Assembly: GCA_017458625.1 (NCBI GenBank)
Contig: JAFTAH010000138.1
Span: forward strand, 1,877 to 65,876
DNA length: 64,000 bases
Direction: 5' to 3'
Source: Kiritimatiellia bacterium
GTDB lineage: Bacteria; Verrucomicrobiota; Kiritimatiellia; CAIQIC01; Lenti-01
Each line of letters begins with the position of its first letter. The stretch's first letter is position 1. This document shows, one piece after another, positions 51,906 through 60,349 of this stretch. The translations under genes and the position numbers were made by a program. The notes under the pieces are model-generated. The model worked only from the letters and a program-made list of their open reading frames with translations. It did not search any database and had not been told where the DNA came from.

Positions 51906-54233
51906 ATGAGCGGAAAATTCAAGTACATCGGCCAGTCCTACACCCGTCCCGACGCCGTCCAGAAGGCCCTCGGCAAGTCCGAATACCTCGACGACCTCCG
52001 CCTCCCCGACCTCCTCCACGCCTCCATCCTCCATCCCCCCGTCGCCCACGCCCTTATCAAGTCCATCGACACCTCCGAGGCTGAGGCCATGCCCGGCGTC
52101 GTCGCCGTCGTCACCGGCCGCAACTGCCACATCCTCTACGGCGACAACATCACCGACATCTCCCCCATGGCCTCCACCCGCGTCCGCCACATCGGCGACC
52201 ACGTGGCCGCCGTCATCGCCGAGACCAAGCACCAGGCCGACGAGGCGCTCAAGAAGATCAAGGTCGAATACCAGCCCCTGCCGGTCTACACCGACGCCCG
52301 CGACGCCCTGGCGCCGGACGCCGTCCTCATCCACCCGGACGCGCCGAGCTACCGCCACATTCCGGGCCTCGGCTGCGTCCCCGGCACCAACATCGCCAGC
52401 CAGTACACCCTCCGCAAGGGCGACGTCCAGAAGGGCTTCGCCGAGTCCGACGTCATCGTCGAGGGCGAGTTCGTCTACCCCCACAGCTCCTGCGCCGCCA
52501 TCGAGCCGCACGGGGCCATCGTCCGCTTCAACGAGGACGGCACCATCGACGCCTGGTCCTCCTCCATCTGCCCCTTCATCATCCGCGACGATCTCGCCCA
52601 CGCCTACCATCGCCCCGCCTCCCAGGTCCGCGTCCGCATCCCCGAGGTCGGCGGCTGTTTCGGCTACAAGAGCGACATCACCGTCGAGCAGACCGTCGCC
52701 TGGATCGCCTCCCACGTCCCCGGTCGCCCCGTCAAGTGGGTCGCCTCCCGCCAGGAGGACTTCACCAGCACCCTCATGGGCCACGGCTTCCGCCACCACA
52801 TGAAGATTGGCGCCAAGCGCGACGGCACCCTCGTCGCCATCCAGGCCGACATCTTGCACTCGACCGGCGCCTTCGCCGACACCGGCGTCCACGTCTGCAA
52901 CGCCGCCACCCACAACTGCACCGGCCCCTACCAGTTCCAGCACGCCCTCCTCGCCAACAAGTGCGTCTACACCAACACCCCCCCCGTCGGCGCCTTCCGC
53001 GGCTACGGCCACCAGGAGGGCCATTTCGCCGTCGAACGCCTCATGGACATCCTCGCCCGCAAGCTCGGCATGGACCCCATCGAGCTCCGCCGCAAGAACT
53101 TCCTCGGCCCCGGCAAGGAAAACGCCGCCGGCGAGCGCTTCTACGCCACCAACGGCTCCGTCGCCCAATGCGCCGACCTCGTCGAGCAGGCCGTCTTCAA
53201 GGACGCCCCCAAGCCCGCCGAGGACGACGAGTTCGTCTACGGCCGCGGCTTTGCCGCCGTCATGAAGTCCCCCAAGGGCGCCTCCTTCTCCTCCAAGTCG
53301 TGCTACCTCAAGCTCAACCCCGACGGCTCCGCCAACGTCAACATGGGCGGCGCCGAGGTCGGCCAGGGCCTCCGCATGGTCGTCCAGCAGGTCGCCGGCG
53401 AGGCCCTCAAGATTCCGCCCGAGAAGGTCCGCGTCTACCCCCAGATCGACACCCAGTACTGCCCCTGGGAGTGGCAGACCATCGGCTCGATGTTCACCAC
53501 CCAGGGCGGCCGCGCCATCGTCCGCGCCGCCGACAAGGCCATCGCCATGCTCAAGGAGAACGCCTCCCGCGCCCTCCTCGTCCCCGCCGACCTCCTCGAA
53601 TGGGACGGCGAGAAGGTCTACCTCCGCCACGACCCGGCCGTCCACGCCACGATTGCCCAGCTCGCCCACGGCTACGTCACCGAAAACGGCATCACCGTCG
53701 GCGACGTCGTCCACGCCACCAGCGACGCCCGCCTCCCCCGCTACTCCAACCCCGATGCCGACGGCCGCGGCGGCCTCGGCGTCGAATACACCTTCGGCGC
53801 CCAGGCCTGCGAGGTCAAGATTTCCAAAAAGACCGGCAAGGTCCACGTCACCCACTTCGCCTCCTCCTTCGATGTCGGCACCGTCATCAACCCCCGCCAG
53901 ATCCGCGGCCAGATCGCCGGCGGCGTCGTCATGGCCATCGGCGCCTCCCTCTCCGAAGGCATCCAGTACGACGCCGACGGCCGCATCCTCAACGCCCACT
54001 ACGGCAAGTACCACCTCGCCTCCTTCCGCGACGCCCCCGACCGCCAGACCATCGTCCCCGTCGAAAACCCCGGCGAAGTCGGCCCCTTCGGCGCCCGCGG
54101 CATCGGCGAACACCCCGTCGTCGGCGTCGCCCCCGCCATCCTCAACGCCATCTTCGACGCCATCGGCGTCGACTTCGACGAAATCCCCGTCACCCCCGAC
54201 AAGATTCTCGCCGCCCTCGCCCAGAAACGGTGA
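51906..54233 (+). CDS. Xanthine dehydrogenase / CO dehydrogenase family molybdopterin-binding subunit
   Basis: IGQS..RPDA..K..G, VGGCFGYK, GAFRGYG, EVGQG, GQIAGG, GARGIGE. Confidence 0.93.
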   Translation: MSGKFKYIGQSYTRPDAVQKALGKSEYLDDLRLPDLLHASILHPPVAHALIKSIDTSEAEAMPGVVAVVTGRNCHILYGDNITDISPMASTRVRHIGDHVAAVIAETKHQADEALKKIKVEYQPLPVYTDARDALAPDAVLIHPDAPSYRHIPGLGCVPGTNIASQYTLRKGDVQKGFAESDVIVEGEFVYPHSSCAAIEPHGAIVRFNEDGTIDAWSSSICPFIIRDDLAHAYHRPASQVRVRIPEVGGCFGYKSDITVEQTVAWIASHVPGRPVKWVASRQEDFTSTLMGHGFRHHMKIGAKRDGTLVAIQADILHSTGAFADTGVHVCNAATHNCTGPYQFQHALLANKCVYTNTPPVGAFRGYGHQEGHFAVERLMDILARKLGMDPIELRRKNFLGPGKENAAGERFYATNGSVAQCADLVEQAVFKDAPKPAEDDEFVYGRGFAAVMKSPKGASFSSKSCYLKLNPDGSANVNMGGAEVGQGLRMVVQQVAGEALKIPPEKVRVYPQIDTQYCPWEWQTIGSMFTTQGGRAIVRAADKAIAMLKENASRALLVPADLLEWDGEKVYLRHDPAVHATIAQLAHGYVTENGITVGDVVHATSDARLPRYSNPDADGRGGLGVEYTFGAQACEVKISKKTGKVHVTHFASSFDVGTVINPRQIRGQIAGGVVMAIGASLSEGIQYDADGRILNAHYGKYHLASFRDAPDRQTIVPVENPGEVGPFGARGIGEHPVVGVAPAILNAIFDAIGVDFDEIPVTPDKILAALAQKR

Positions 54234-54427
54234 AAATCGATTCCTCCCACGACTTCGGCACCCGCGAATGCCCCTCCTGCGGCGTCCGCGTCCCCGCCAA
54301 CGAGAACCGCTGCCCCATCTGCCACTACCCCTTCCCCGTCAAGTCCACCCTCTCCCGCTCCGCCCCTCTCATTGCCCTCGTCCTTCTCCTCATCTTTCTC
54401 GCCCTCCTCCTCCCCCTCTTCCTCTAG
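54230..54427 (+). CDS. Small zinc-ribbon membrane protein
   Basis: GTGA overlap with upstream stop; CPSC..CPIC plus C-terminal TM helix. Confidence 0.7.
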   Translation: MKIDSSHDFGTRECPSCGVRVPANENRCPICHYPFPVKSTLSRSAPLIALVLLLIFLALLLPLFL

Positions 54428-54563
54428 AGCATTTTCAAGAATATTGCAGCCGTTTTCGGTAGGGGCCGACCGCCGGGCGGCCCGAAGAACAATTCGGGAA
54501 ACGGCCCGCCCGGCGGTCGGGCCCTACCATGGATGTGGCCACATATTTTCTTAATTCGCTCTA
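54425..54563. mobile_element. MITE-like element (139 bp) with TAGAGC...GCTCTA ends containing a GTAG REP doublet
   Basis: Ends TAGAGCATTTTCAAGAATATTGCAGCC and GGCCACATATTTTCTTAATTCGCTCTA; inside, GTAGGGGCCGACCGCCGGGCGGCCCG and its inverted copy. Confidence 0.75.
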
Positions 54564-54858
54564 CCCTCCTAGAAATCCTAGAAATCTTTAGAAATCTCTC
54601 GCCTTCCCCGCCCCCCCTGCGCCCACCCGCCCCCCCCGTCGCCATCGTCCCCCTCGTCCCCTCCTCCCCCCCGCAAAAAATCTTCTCCTCCCCCTCATTT
54701 TTCTCTTGCCCGTCCCCTCCCCTAGGCGTACCCTTGACTTGGATTCGGGAAGCGGACTCCTCTCCGGAACCACCCGCCCCCCCCATCCAAAAAACGCATA
54801 AAACCTTAGAGAAAACTGACAAAACTCCACAACGGGCAACAGCCCAAAGGATGGCCAA

Positions 54859-55536
54859 ATGAAAAAAGTATCCCTGATTCTCCTCGCCGCCGCCCTCTCG
54901 GCAACGGCCACCCTCGCCCAGTCGGCGACTGAGCCCGTCTACTCCCAGAATGCCGTCGGTTTCATCAACAAGACCGTCGAAGCTGGCACCTATGCAGCCT
55001 TGACCTTCCCGTTCGTTGACATGGCCGCGACCAATGACCTGATTGACTTCGACTCCCAGCAGATTGCCAAGGATGCCACCCGTGGCTCTACCGTCTATTT
55101 CTGGAATGGAACTGGTTGGGATATGAAGACTGCACGCAACAATGGCTTCAATACCGGCAAGAAGCTTCTCCCCGGTGAACTGTTCCTGTACAAGCCCGCC
55201 TCGCAGCAGACTGTGGTCCTCTGCGGTGAAGTTCCCGATAGCGCAGAGCTTCAACGCGATATCGTAGGTGCGGCCAACTACACGGCTTGCGGCAATCCCT
55301 ATCCCGTTGCTACTGAATTTGATACTTCGACTTTGGCGACTAGTTCTCCCCGTGGTGCGACTGCGTATTTCTGGAATGGAACTGGTTGGGATATGAAGAC
55401 TGCGCGCAACAATGGCTTCAATACCGGCAAGATTCTTGATCCTGGTGAGGGTTTCTTGTACAAGACACTTGCAACAGGTGCCTCGACGAACTGGGTTGTG
55501 ACCCGCCCCTATGACTTCCCTGCTGCCAAGGAATAA
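54859..55536 (+). CDS. Secreted protein with internal two-fold repeat (VYSxNxVG-type N-terminus)
   Basis: Signal peptide; YFWNGTGWDMKTARNNGFNTGK occurs twice; many T-ending codons. Confidence 0.8.
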   Translation: MKKVSLILLAAALSATATLAQSATEPVYSQNAVGFINKTVEAGTYAALTFPFVDMAATNDLIDFDSQQIAKDATRGSTVYFWNGTGWDMKTARNNGFNTGKKLLPGELFLYKPASQQTVVLCGEVPDSAELQRDIVGAANYTACGNPYPVATEFDTSTLATSSPRGATAYFWNGTGWDMKTARNNGFNTGKILDPGEGFLYKTLATGASTNWVVTRPYDFPAAKE

Positions 55537-55566
55537 CCCATAACATTTAGAAAGAAAGGTCTGAAA

Positions 55567-56226
55567 ATGAAGAAAGTATTGATTGGCTTGTTGGTCGCCT
55601 TGATGGCTGCCTCGTCGTTCGCTGGTATACTTGTCGCTTGGGATACAGGTGGTTTCTTGAGTGGTACTGATGGTAACCCTTATGTTTTCGATAGCGATGA
55701 CGAAAGCACTACGAAATTGGTCTGGGATTTGGTCTATACGACCGATTCCTCTATCACCACGCCTGTGCTGAATGAGACAACGGGTGAAATCACGTACGGA
55801 AAGAACGACACGATTGTCTCCCAGCGTATTGCGACGCCAGGTGCCGATAAGGTGAACACGGAGATCACTGATCTCATCGGCTCGCCTCAGGTTTCTCTGA
55901 GTCCGCAGGAGATGGATGCTGGTGCCTACTTGAATAATGTAACATACCAGCACAGGGAGTTCCCCTATAGCTCTGGTGGGCTGTATGCGGCGGTGTTCCA
56001 GTACACGTCTGACAACACCGTTTATTACGCTATGACGGCTTTGGTTACAGAGGTCAACTGGTCGAATGATGGTTCTGCCACGCCGACTGAAGTTTGCTTC
56101 GACTTGACCGCTGATACCCAGTTGGAGAAGTTGGGCTCGTTCACTCCTGTGCCTGAGCCCGCTACGATGAGCCTGCTGGGCCTTGGCGCGCTGGCGATGG
56201 TTCTCCGCCGCAAGCTCCGCAAGTAG
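55567..56226 (+). CDS. PEP-CTERM protein
   Basis: Signal peptide; C-terminal VPEPATMSLLGLGALAMVLRRKLRK; SD GAAAGG. Confidence 0.93.
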   Translation: MKKVLIGLLVALMAASSFAGILVAWDTGGFLSGTDGNPYVFDSDDESTTKLVWDLVYTTDSSITTPVLNETTGEITYGKNDTIVSQRIATPGADKVNTEITDLIGSPQVSLSPQEMDAGAYLNNVTYQHREFPYSSGGLYAAVFQYTSDNTVYYAMTALVTEVNWSNDGSATPTEVCFDLTADTQLEKLGSFTPVPEPATMSLLGLGALAMVLRRKLRK

Positions 56227-56249
56227 TTTTCGGTTAGGTTATATACGTT

Positions 56250-56282
56250 CTGGCCGGTGGGCATCGCTCACCGGCCAGTTTT
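56250..56282 (+). terminator. Intrinsic terminator
   Basis: CTGGCCGGTG-GGCATCGCT-CACCGGCCAG-TTTT. Confidence 0.8.
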
Positions 56283-56425
56283 GTATTCCCCCTTCCCCGC
56301 CCACCCCTTGTTGTGACGAGGACGCCCCCACCCTCGCCCTTTCCCTTCTCCTCGCCCCTTTCTTCCTTCCCCTTTTTTCCCCCTCTCTCAACCCTGGCCC
56401 CTCCACCCCGCCCGCTCCAATCGTC

Positions 56426-56846
56426 GTGATTTTACGTCAATCATTGCCCATTTAGGGCAAATTTAGAAAATTTGTGGCCACATCCATGGTAGGGCCCGAC
56501 CGCCGGGCGGCCCGGAAAACCAATGCGAGGAACGCCCCGCCTCCTCTCCACCCCCCTCCCCCGAAATTCTCGAAACCCTCTCAATTCTCGATTTGCCTCC
56601 CCCGTCTCTACGTCTCTGCGCCTCTACTCCCCCTCCTCCCGACCCGCCCCAATCGTCGTGATTTTACGTCAATCATTGCCCATTTCGCCCATTTTTCCTC
56701 CCATTCATCCCCGTTTTTCCCCGCCTCATCCCCCCCCTTCTTCGTCCCCTCCCGTCCCCCTTGCCACCCCCTCCCGTACCGCAGGGGCGTCATCCCTCGC
56801 CCTCGCCCATTTTCGCCCCTCCAAATTCGCGTGATTTCACGTCAAA
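56426..56846 (+). repeat. Cluster of three polar motif copies (56426, 56658, 56831)
   Basis: CCAATCGTCGTGATTTTACGTCAATCATTGCCCATTT twice, plus GTGATTTCACGTCAAAATCAGCC. Confidence 0.9.
56453..56583. mobile_element. Partly eroded MITE copy; 56453-56514 is an inverted copy of ~54501-54563
   Basis: TAGGGCAAATTTAGAAAATTTGTGGCCACATCCATGGTAGGGCCCGACCGCCGGGCGG. Confidence 0.6.
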
Positions 56847-56958
56847 ATCAGCCTTTTTTCGCCATTTCTCGCCTCCCCTTCCCTCCTCGGCTTGCGCCCC
56901 CTGACTGCCCCTCTTGTCTTGGTGCCTCGGCCGTCGCGCCCCGCCTTCTCCCCCCCTC

Positions 56959-57096
56959 TAGAGCATTTTGCGAAAATGTGTGGCCGCAAGGTTCGGAGGT
57001 GCGACATCCTGTCGCGCCCAAATCAATTGCGCGGCTGGAAGCCGCACCTCCGGAAGCCGCCCGCCAAAGGGCTACAGTAATTTGAAAACCGCTCTA
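56959..57096. mobile_element. MITE-like element (138 bp), same ends, different (GGAG-type) REP doublet
   Basis: TAGAGCATTTTGCGAAAATGTGTGGCC ... GGCTACAGTAATTTGAAAACCGCTCTA; inside CGGAGGTGCGACATCCTGTCGCG / CGCGGCTGGAAGCCGCACCTCCG. Confidence 0.75.
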
Positions 57097-57205
57097 AACT
57101 CTCGAAACCATCGCAATTCGCGAATTTCTCGATTATCCCCCCCCTCTCTGCATCTCTGCACCTCAGCGCGAGCCCTTCCCCCCTCTCCTCCCCCCATCCC
57201 CCAGC

Positions 57206-59146
57206 TCACTCCCCTTTCATTTCCCGCTCTTCGAGACGGTTCAGCTTATAACCGGCGCTCCCATCGATTCCGCCGGCCTCCTTCCGCTCGCGCAGGAAGG
57301 CGACCGCCTCGCCAAAGCGCCCCATGACGCTCAGCTGGTCGGCATATTGGTTCACATAGAAACGATCCATCGGACTGACCTCGAAGGCCTGTCTGTAAGC
57401 CGCCAGCGCCCCTTCCGGATCATCCTGGTAGATCCGTGCGCGCCCCAGCGTGTAATAGGCTAGCGGCTCCAGCGGATTGCACGCCAACGCTTGCCGCGCC
57501 TCGGCCTCGGCCTCGGCCGCAATCCGATGCCGCCCCGCCTCCCGGACCGCCGGATCGGCATCATAGAACCACTTCGCCTGTGTCAGACGGATGGCGGCCA
57601 GTCCCAGATGCGCATTCGCATTGCGAGCATCCCATTGCGCAGAGGCCACGAACAGCTTCTCGGCCTGCGCCGAACGCAGACTCGTGCACGCCAGTTCGCC
57701 CTGGACATAGCACCAGTAGGACATCCCCGCGCGGAACGAGACGATACCGCAGAACAGCGCCAGCCCCGCCATGGTCAGCCCGCCCGCACTGCGCCACAGC
57801 CAGCCCAGCTTGCTCGCGCCCATCGGCTCCGTATCCTCCCCCAGCACCGTCCCCCAGGCAAGCCCGCAGAGCGTCACCAGCAGCAGTGGAATCGGGAAAA
57901 TATGGAAATTGAAGTCGAAGACCGCGTGCGCCGTCGCCATGACCATCGCCCCGCCCACTCCGGCCAGGAAACACGCATTCCCCGGCTCGCGCACCCGCCG
58001 CATGGCCGCCATCCACGCCCCCGCCGCGCACAGCAACGCCACCAGCAGCAGCCCCGCCCCCGCCAGACCATATTCCGCCACCACCTGCACATACTCGTTG
58101 TGCGGATAGTCGTAGAGCAGATTCAGCTTCGCCTTGCGCTGATATTTCGGATAGGCCCAGACCCACTGGCCACCGCCATGCCCGAACTCGGGTGCATCAC
58201 GCACCATCGCCGGAGTATCCTGCCACATGTTCCGTCGCGCCGTCCACGAGGTATTCGTCGCCTTGAACGGGCCGTCGAAGCGAGCCTTCACCGCCGGAAA
58301 TGCCGCCAGCGTCCCCGCCGCAATCGCCGCCATCAGCAGCGGCACCACCACCAGCGCCACCGCGAAGTGTTTGCGGTTCACCCGCCACAGCCAGAGCATC
58401 ACCATCGCCCCCAGCCCCAGCAGCGTGCCCACCAGTGCGCTCCGCGAAAGCGACCAGAACAATGCCGGCAATGCCGGCAACAGGTAGTAGATCGCCAGCA
58501 TCCGCAGCGGCAGCCCCGCCCCCGGCGCAAAAATCACCGCAAACGCCACAGGAATCAGCATGCCGATAAGACACGCGAAGTGGTTCGGACACAGGAACGT
58601 ACCCGAAACCCGCCCTGCATACTGCGACGCTTGCGTCATCCAGAGGATCTGGCTCGATCCCGTCAGATGCTGATAGACTCCGTAGAATGCCTCGAACGTC
58701 CCCAGCAGTAGCAACAACGCCACGACCATCTTCCACCGCCGCGGCCGCTTGCCCAGCTGCACCCAGGCAATCCCCAGCCCCAGATACGCCCCCCACTTGA
58801 GCGCATCCCAGCGGGCCGCATCGTGGACCGGCGTGAACTGATCGCGCAGCACCACGTAGGCGACCAGCGCCACGAACGGATAGACTGCCCATGGCAGGCG
58901 TGGCGAGGCCGTCTGGCGGACGAGCACCGGTCGCAGCATCGCGCAGAAAATGCCCGCGAACAGCAGAATCAGCCCAATGGAGAAGCCCCAGGTCCTCGTA
59001 CACGCCAGCATGCCCGTTCCCCACACCAGGGCCCCCACGAAAAACCCCATCGCGAGCCAGTCCAGCACGCGCCCCGCCAGCGGCTGACGATCCCAAAAGG
59101 CAATCTCCGGCATGATCTGCCGGTACTCCCGCCCCTCTTCAGCCAT
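57206..59146 (-). CDS. O-antigen ligase/polymerase (Wzy_C) family protein with C-terminal TPRs
   Basis: Multiple TM helices; RVSGTF.CPNHFA, SLSRSA, FGHGGG, PHNEYVQ..AEYG; TPR tail. Confidence 0.9.
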   Translation of the reverse strand: MAEEGREYRQIMPEIAFWDRQPLAGRVLDWLAMGFFVGALVWGTGMLACTRTWGFSIGLILLFAGIFCAMLRPVLVRQTASPRLPWAVYPFVALVAYVVLRDQFTPVHDAARWDALKWGAYLGLGIAWVQLGKRPRRWKMVVALLLLLGTFEAFYGVYQHLTGSSQILWMTQASQYAGRVSGTFLCPNHFACLIGMLIPVAFAVIFAPGAGLPLRMLAIYYLLPALPALFWSLSRSALVGTLLGLGAMVMLWLWRVNRKHFAVALVVVPLLMAAIAAGTLAAFPAVKARFDGPFKATNTSWTARRNMWQDTPAMVRDAPEFGHGGGQWVWAYPKYQRKAKLNLLYDYPHNEYVQVVAEYGLAGAGLLLVALLCAAGAWMAAMRRVREPGNACFLAGVGGAMVMATAHAVFDFNFHIFPIPLLLVTLCGLAWGTVLGEDTEPMGASKLGWLWRSAGGLTMAGLALFCGIVSFRAGMSYWCYVQGELACTSLRSAQAEKLFVASAQWDARNANAHLGLAAIRLTQAKWFYDADPAVREAGRHRIAAEAEAEARQALACNPLEPLAYYTLGRARIYQDDPEGALAAYRQAFEVSPMDRFYVNQYADQLSVMGRFGEAVAFLRERKEAGGIDGSAGYKLNRLEEREMKGE

Positions 59147-59160
59147 ATCCCATTCCCCCA

Positions 59161-60339
59161 TTAGAAGAAGCGTTCCTGCAGCTCGACAATGTCGCCCGGC
59201 TCCAGCAGGATGTCATCCTCCGGCGTCCGTTCCAGCTTCTTCGCGTTCTTGATGATCTTGAAGATGGCCCCGTTCCGCCGGATGAGCACCTTCCCGTTCC
59301 AGAACTCGGTACCTCCGCCCGCCGCCGCAATGGCCTCGGAGACGTGCACGGCATTCTGCAAGTTGTACCGTCCCGGCCCCCGAATGGTGCCCGAAATGTA
59401 GTAGAAACGCGTCGGCACGATGACCTGGACGGTCATGTTGCGATAGATGCCCTGCTTCAGATAGGTGTCGCGAATGGTGCGCTCAAGCTGCGAGGCGGTC
59501 AGCCCCGCCGCCCGGATCTCGTTGATGAACGGCAAGGTCACCATGCCCGCCTCGTCGATGATGTCTTCCACCCGGTCCGCTTCCGGAATCCCGCGCAGGT
59601 AAATCTGCACCGCATCGCCCGGCCCCAGCGTGTAGGCGGACGGATCCATCGGCCGCGACGATGGCGACTCGCCTCCGCCCGCCGGCACGACTGGCCCTGC
59701 GGGCTCAGCCGACGCCTGCGGCTCCGCCAGCACCGGAACCTCTGGCGCCGGAACCGGAACCACCGGCACCGCCACCGGCTCTTCGCCCGGCACCTGCGCG
59801 CTCGGCGGCGGCAGCAGCTGCACCGGGGGCGGCTCCACCGCCTCCTCTACGGGAACCACCTCGGGCGCAGGCTCGGGCTTCGCCTCCTCCCCCGTCACCG
59901 CCTGCGTCTGCTGCGCCTCCAGCTGTTTCTCGGCCGCCCGCGCCCGCTCCTCCGCCGCCTTGAGCCGGGCCTGGGCCGCCTGCAAATCCGCCTCCGCGCG
60001 CCGGATGCGCTCGTCGGCTTCCTGACGGGCCTGGGCCTCGCGCGCTGCGGCCGCCTGGGCGGCGGCTTCCCGCGCGGCTTCCGCCTGCTGGCGCGCCTGT
60101 TCGGCCGCCGCCGCCTGCTCGGCCGCCGCCTGCTGGCGCGCCTGCTCCTCCGCCTCCTGCCGCTGGCGGATGTGCATGGGCGTGGCCGATGCCGCACGCC
60201 GCTTCGCCACCAGCTTTTCATACTCCGACAACGTGCTTCCGTGCGTGCTGCTACAGGCCGCGCCCCCGAGGACGAGGCCTGCCGCCAGGCTTGCGAGCAG
60301 GACAAAGCGAATGGACGGGAAAAACTGATTGGCACGCAT
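59161..60339 (-). CDS. Polysaccharide export lipoprotein (Wza/Poly_export plus SLBB) with long coiled-coil/Pro-rich N-terminal extension
   Basis: Lipobox AAC; YTLGPGD, IDEAG.VTLPFI..I.AAGLT, EAIAAAGG, LEPGD. Confidence 0.88.
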   Translation of the reverse strand: MRANQFFPSIRFVLLASLAAGLVLGGAACSSTHGSTLSEYEKLVAKRRAASATPMHIRQRQEAEEQARQQAAAEQAAAAEQARQQAEAAREAAAQAAAAREAQARQEADERIRRAEADLQAAQARLKAAEERARAAEKQLEAQQTQAVTGEEAKPEPAPEVVPVEEAVEPPPVQLLPPPSAQVPGEEPVAVPVVPVPAPEVPVLAEPQASAEPAGPVVPAGGGESPSSRPMDPSAYTLGPGDAVQIYLRGIPEADRVEDIIDEAGMVTLPFINEIRAAGLTASQLERTIRDTYLKQGIYRNMTVQVIVPTRFYYISGTIRGPGRYNLQNAVHVSEAIAAAGGGTEFWNGKVLIRRNGAIFKIIKNAKKLERTPEDDILLEPGDIVELQERFF

Positions 60340-60349
60340 GGGAAGTCTC

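Noticed and set aside
55096-55432. Diversity-generating retroelement TR/VR pair
   Set aside because: Both copies are in-frame in one gene, differ at a single synonymous site, and no reverse transcriptase is present
54424-55953. 509-aa minus-strand ORF
   Set aside because: Antisense to two well-formed secreted-protein genes with signal peptides, SD sites and a terminator
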